From assembly GCA_963663805.2 (NCBI GenBank), contig CAXXMR010000018.1:64001-128000 (forward strand): DNA of 64,000 nt, in the 5' to 3' direction. The translations under genes were made by a program, and so were the position numbers. Below are positions 59,866 through 64,000 of the stretch, piece after piece (position 1 is the stretch's first letter; every line of letters begins with the position of its first letter). Below the pieces are notes generated by a model. The model ran no database searches and was not told the origin of the DNA. It saw nothing but the letters and a program-made list of their open reading frames with translations. This DNA comes from Sedimentisphaerales bacterium. GTDB lineage: Bacteria; Planctomycetota; Phycisphaerae; Sedimentisphaerales; SM23-30.

Positions 59866-60770
59866 ATGAGTAGGGCTGGTTTTGTTGGATTGATTTGTGT
59901 TGTGCTTGTGAGTATATATGCAAAATTTACCCTGTCGCAGACTGTCGCATCTGAGCTTTATGTTAAACAGCATAAAGCTGTGATGAAACTAAGAGCCAGG
60001 GTTGTTGATGGCAAAGAGGTTCATCTGACGTTTTGCAAAAACGCCTGGTTTGCCAGAAAGAGCAACTATGACGACCTGTTCAAGAATATTCTCATATATC
60101 GCAGGAAAGTGGATTTCACTTGCCTTAAGGATACAAAAGAGTACTTTGACGGCTTAGTTTGCAGTGAAGCTGATATTTTGTATGAAGGGCCCGTTGACTG
60201 CCGGCAAAATAAAAATTTTAAATATATTGATAAAAGTGCTGTTGTTGGCGAAATTTATGCTTATTGGGTTAGTTTGTCCGACGGCCCGGCAACAGGTCCC
60301 GTTGCTGTAAAAATACGAGATTCCCGTATTTTCTGGTCGATGGATAAAACCGCACAAGCTGCATATGACCTTGAAAAAGCATATCCAGGATTGGTTAAAG
60401 TCAAACCGATAGGTAAAACGGTTATGGGCCGAGATATTTTAGGGCTCGAGATTGGAAAGCAAAATAAAAAAATCGCATTAATTTCCGGTATACATGCTTC
60501 TGAAGCGGGGCCGGAAATCATTATTCCTGTACTAAAATCGCTGCTTGAAAATCACAAAGATATATTCAATCATGCTAGTATTATTGCTGTGCCTTGTATG
60601 AATATGGATCAAAGGCAAAAAGTCGTTGAAGGTGCTCCATGGTATTTACGGACAAATATGGCGTTTGTTGATTTGAATCGTAATTTTCCCGGAGATTGGG
60701 AACAGGTTAGCTATAACTATGGCTGTGACAGTTCTTGCCCGGATCATGTTACATATCGTGGGCCAACGCC
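59866..60770 (+). pseudogene. M14 zinc carboxypeptidase, 3'-truncated by IS21
   Basis: IHASE, RTN..VDLNRNFP and TYRGP motifs, then the IS21 IR at 60771. Confidence 0.82.
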
Positions 60771-60906
60771 TGGTGATTAGCATTGAAAATGGAGCCAGAT
60801 TTGCGGGTTTTCTCTTCTGAAAAAGCATCGAAAAAGGAGCCACTGTAAAAGGCCGATAAGATGTGTTTAAGATACGTAACATTTTAGACACAGGAGGCTT
60901 AGAAAG

Positions 60907-62394
60907 GTGCTTACAGTGGAGCATTATGAGATTATCAGACGTAAAGTTCGTGATGGGATATCGCAACGTGAGGTTGCCCTGGAGCTGGGGCATTCGCGTA
61001 ACACGGTGGCCAAGGCCCTGAAAAATCCGATTCCGCCGGGCTATCGGCTCAGTCAGCCGCGGGTCAAGGCTGTCATGGATCCCTTCGCGCACATTATTGA
61101 CACCTGGCTGGAATCTGACAAAAAGGTTCGGCGTAAGCAGCGGATGCAGGCGACCAAAATGTATCAGCGGCTTTGTGACGAGTATGGTTTCACCGGTCAT
61201 TACAGCACTGTCCAGCGGTATATCAAGGAAGCGAGTAATCGCCAAAAAGAAGCTTACCTGCCGTTAGCGTTTGAGTTTGGCGAAGAAGCCCAGGTTGACT
61301 GGCATGAAGCTAACATTAAAGAAAACGGCAGGGAGAAGAAGGTCTACGTTTTTTGCATGAAGCTGTGCTGTTCTAAGGCTCCTTTTGTTTGTGCTTACGA
61401 GAGCATGAAGATCGAATGTTTTCTTGACGGCCATGTCCGGGCGTTTGAATATTTCGGCGGCGTGCCCAAACGCATTGCTTACGACAATTTAAAAACTGCG
61501 GTTCTAAAGGTTCTCAAAAAAGGCAAGCGTCGGCTCAACCGCAAATTCGTAGAGCTTAAGAGTTGGTATTTGTTTGACACTCGTTTTTGCAATGTCGCTA
61601 AAGGTAATGAAAAAGGCGATGTCGAGAATCTCGCCAAGCGAAGTGAAAGGCAGTTCTTCTCTCCGGTTCCGAGAGTTACCGATATGGCTCAGCTGAATGA
61701 GATGCTGATTGCTCAGTGTATCAAAGAACTGGATCGCCAGGGCCCTGCACCTCATACGAATAAAACCATTGGCGATTTATTTGCGGAAGAGAAAACACAT
61801 TTATACGAACTGCCTGAGCAGAAGTTTGAAGCCTGTCGTCGAATATCCACCTTTGCGGACAAACAGCTTACAGTACGGGTTGATACTAACCGGTATTGGG
61901 TGCCGACGGAGTATGCCTATCAATCTTGCCAGGTCAAGGTATTCGTTGACCGGGTTGACCTGTTCTATAAAAATGAGCTGGTTGCCTCGCATTCCAGATG
62001 TTACGATAAAGACCAGTATATCCTGGATCCGCTGCATTATATCAAACTTTTAGAGCGTAAGCCCGGTTCGCTGGATAATGCTCGGCCATTCAAGGGCCAG
62101 CCCTGGGGCGAAGATTTCACCTTGATGCGAACAGAGCTTGAATATCGATACGGCAGTGAAGGGCCCGGTAAATACATCAACATCCTGCTGCTCTTTATCA
62201 GGCATCCGCAAAAAGAAGTTGAACATGCCGTTGGTGTTTGTGTCAAGTGCCGGGCGTTCAGCGATGAAGCGGTGGAAAGCTTTTTACGTAACGGCTCACA
62301 ATTGAACCTTGCCGGCAATCAAGTCCTGGTAAACCAAGGCGATGGCAAACGCAATCTCGATGTTTATAACCAGTTGGCCGGGGAGGTAGCATGA
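60907..62394 (+). CDS. istA: IS21 transposase
   Basis: EAQVDW, FGGVPKRIAYDNLK and GNEKGDVE motifs. Confidence 0.94.
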   Translation: MLTVEHYEIIRRKVRDGISQREVALELGHSRNTVAKALKNPIPPGYRLSQPRVKAVMDPFAHIIDTWLESDKKVRRKQRMQATKMYQRLCDEYGFTGHYSTVQRYIKEASNRQKEAYLPLAFEFGEEAQVDWHEANIKENGREKKVYVFCMKLCCSKAPFVCAYESMKIECFLDGHVRAFEYFGGVPKRIAYDNLKTAVLKVLKKGKRRLNRKFVELKSWYLFDTRFCNVAKGNEKGDVENLAKRSERQFFSPVPRVTDMAQLNEMLIAQCIKELDRQGPAPHTNKTIGDLFAEEKTHLYELPEQKFEACRRISTFADKQLTVRVDTNRYWVPTEYAYQSCQVKVFVDRVDLFYKNELVASHSRCYDKDQYILDPLHYIKLLERKPGSLDNARPFKGQPWGEDFTLMRTELEYRYGSEGPGKYINILLLFIRHPQKEVEHAVGVCVKCRAFSDEAVESFLRNGSQLNLAGNQVLVNQGDGKRNLDVYNQLAGEVA

Positions 62395-63155
62395 AAGATC
62401 AAATGGTTTTATTAAAAAGCTATCTCAAGACCCTGAAGCTTCCGACAATTCAAAAAGAGTATCAGACAATTGCCCGGGCATCCGCCCAGGCAAACGAATC
62501 CTATGAAAGTTACCTGCAAAGACTGGCCGAAATCGAAGTCTTTCATCGACAGTCGCAGGCCATCGCCAGGAGATTGAAACAGGCAAACTTCCCCATGACT
62601 AAGGAACTTGAAAGTTTTGATTTTATGGCCGTGCCGCAGATAAATAAAAAACAGATTATCGACCTTTCGATGTGCGGCTTTATCGACCGCCGCAGTAATA
62701 TCGTCTTTACCGGCCCGCCGGGCGTGGGTAAAAGTCATCTGGCCATCGCCCTCGGCCGGGAAGCCTGCCGACGAGGTTATAAAGTGCGGTTCTTTACCGC
62801 TGCTGAACTGGTTAATACGTATCTCGAAGCCCGACAGGAAAGAGCGGTGTTGAAATTAGAGAGCTATATAAAAAAATGCGACCTGATCATCATCGATGAA
62901 CTGGGCTATGTCCCGTTCGACCGTATCGGAGCGGAACATCTGTTCGGCTTTTTCAGCCAGTGCTATGAACAAACCAGCCTGATCGTAACAACGAATCTGC
63001 CATTCGCCGATTGGCCCCAGGTCTTTGGCGATGATGAAAGATTAGCCGGTGCTCTGCTGGACCGACTGACCCACCATGTGAGCGTGGTCGAAATCATAAC
63101 CGACAGCTGGCGACTTAACCAGAGTTTAGAGAAAAAACGGAAAAAAGAAGGCTAA
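62391..63155 (+). CDS. istB: IS21 helper ATPase
   Basis: Walker A GPPGVGKS and IIDELGY. Confidence 0.94.
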   Translation: MKDQMVLLKSYLKTLKLPTIQKEYQTIARASAQANESYESYLQRLAEIEVFHRQSQAIARRLKQANFPMTKELESFDFMAVPQINKKQIIDLSMCGFIDRRSNIVFTGPPGVGKSHLAIALGREACRRGYKVRFFTAAELVNTYLEARQERAVLKLESYIKKCDLIIIDELGYVPFDRIGAEHLFGFFSQCYEQTSLIVTTNLPFADWPQVFGDDERLAGALLDRLTHHVSVVEIITDSWRLNQSLEKKRKKEG

Positions 63156-63282
63156 GAAAGCCTCAATCCAACGAAAAAGGACCAGAATCCCTATTGACAA
63201 CGCCGAAATCGGCGTTATTTTACTAACCTAAGTGGCTCAGATTTCGATGCAAATCTGGCTCCATTTTCAATGCTAATCACCA

Positions 63283-63578
63283 TTAACACTCATAAACGAC
63301 CCAGCTATATGCTGGGGGATAACTTTGCCCATAGCTGTTTCTAAAATAAGTTTGGAGGCACCGTAAGTTTCTCTGTAAAATCTATCCAGCAGATTGGAAG
63401 ACAGTTTTTCCTTGGTATAGGCCGTTTCTGCTCGGGAAATCGCGTTGTGCAGAGTTATGACCAGGCAATCGGAATGACTATCCACCACGATTGATTCTGG
63501 CTTGATCGACATATGTTCCGCAAAGAATTTCGTCGCTACTTCAATGACTTGCTGCTTGAGTTTTTCTTCACCATCCAT
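63283..63578 (-). pseudogene. DUF2294 / MpsC-like small protein, 3'-truncated by IS21
   Basis: MDGEEKLKQQV..KFFAEHMSIKPESIVV..LVITLHNAISRAE; GGAGA RBS; runs into the IS21 IR. Confidence 0.55.
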
Positions 63579-64000
63579 TGCATATCTCCACGCAAAATCG
63601 AATCCATATAATTTCTGTTCACTGTTTTCGGCACAGTTATCTTTGTTTATATATCTCTTCAGCATAATCAACAGGCAAACGGTAACGCAGTAGGCATCCA
63701 ACACCACCAAGTTGCATCAAATCTTCACTTTTTTTAACCATTTCGACCGAACAGCCGTGCTGTTCGGCTAGGTTCCTTGATGTGTCCCTCCTCAAGAAGC
63801 AGGTAACAACTGATGATGTGAGAATCAGTCTCGGGCAAGGTTGCCAGTGTCCGGACGTGTTTTTTAAGGTTCTTTAGTTCCATTATTTTTTTGTCACCTA
63901 TGAATAAATGGGTATATATTTTGGGCGGGCCTTATGACCGGCGAATTCACTATTGAGTTAATCTGTTCTGCCATTTTTATTTACTCCAGTAATTAGGAGT

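Larger units (their letters stand above)
60771..63282 (+). mobile_element. IS21-family element, copy 2 (intact)
   Basis: Same IRs as copy 1; 2512 bp; no TSD. Confidence 0.94.

Noticed and set aside
36241..60770. Simple inversion or composite transposon between the two IS21 copies
   Set aside because: Neither crossed nor outer flanks give matching target duplications, and the truncated genes do not complement each other.

Overview
Bacterial genomic window, most likely a Planctomycetota (Phycisphaerae-like) organism. This is inferred from PEP-CTERM, C-terminal dockerin-like and prepilin/H-X9-DG-type proteins. Bases 1-14,100 are largely core minus-strand genes: a DUF3524/GTDC1-like glycosyltransferase to manA operon, a GT4, and leuA-leuC-[GxxExxY]-leuD-leuB with a candidate leaderless Leu/Ile-rich leader peptide. 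Bases 16,200-32,750 hold a GntR/LacI-regulated glycan-utilisation cluster (secreted modular proteins, prepilin, GPH transporter, sulfatase, sialate O-acetylesterase, UroD/MtaA-like protein, GH78), bracketed by a 43-bp direct repeat. Bases 32,770-64,000 are a mosaic of island remnants: a priA-like 3' fragment, a tRNA-Gly 3'-half att site, SNF2/SWIM, a DUF234 ATPase, a TetR-linked catabolic operon with dense frameshifts, low-GC genes, a DAACS transporter plus sdaA, and truncated genes. IS elements are IS1634 (one full, one truncated), IS4, IS21 (two), IS630 and IS66. The most notable unexplained structures are inverted-repeat-bracketed genes (GxxExxY and a chimeric secreted protein), a 20-bp-period foldback array, and two candidate structured non-coding elements. 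All calls come from reading the sequence by eye; no database searches were run.
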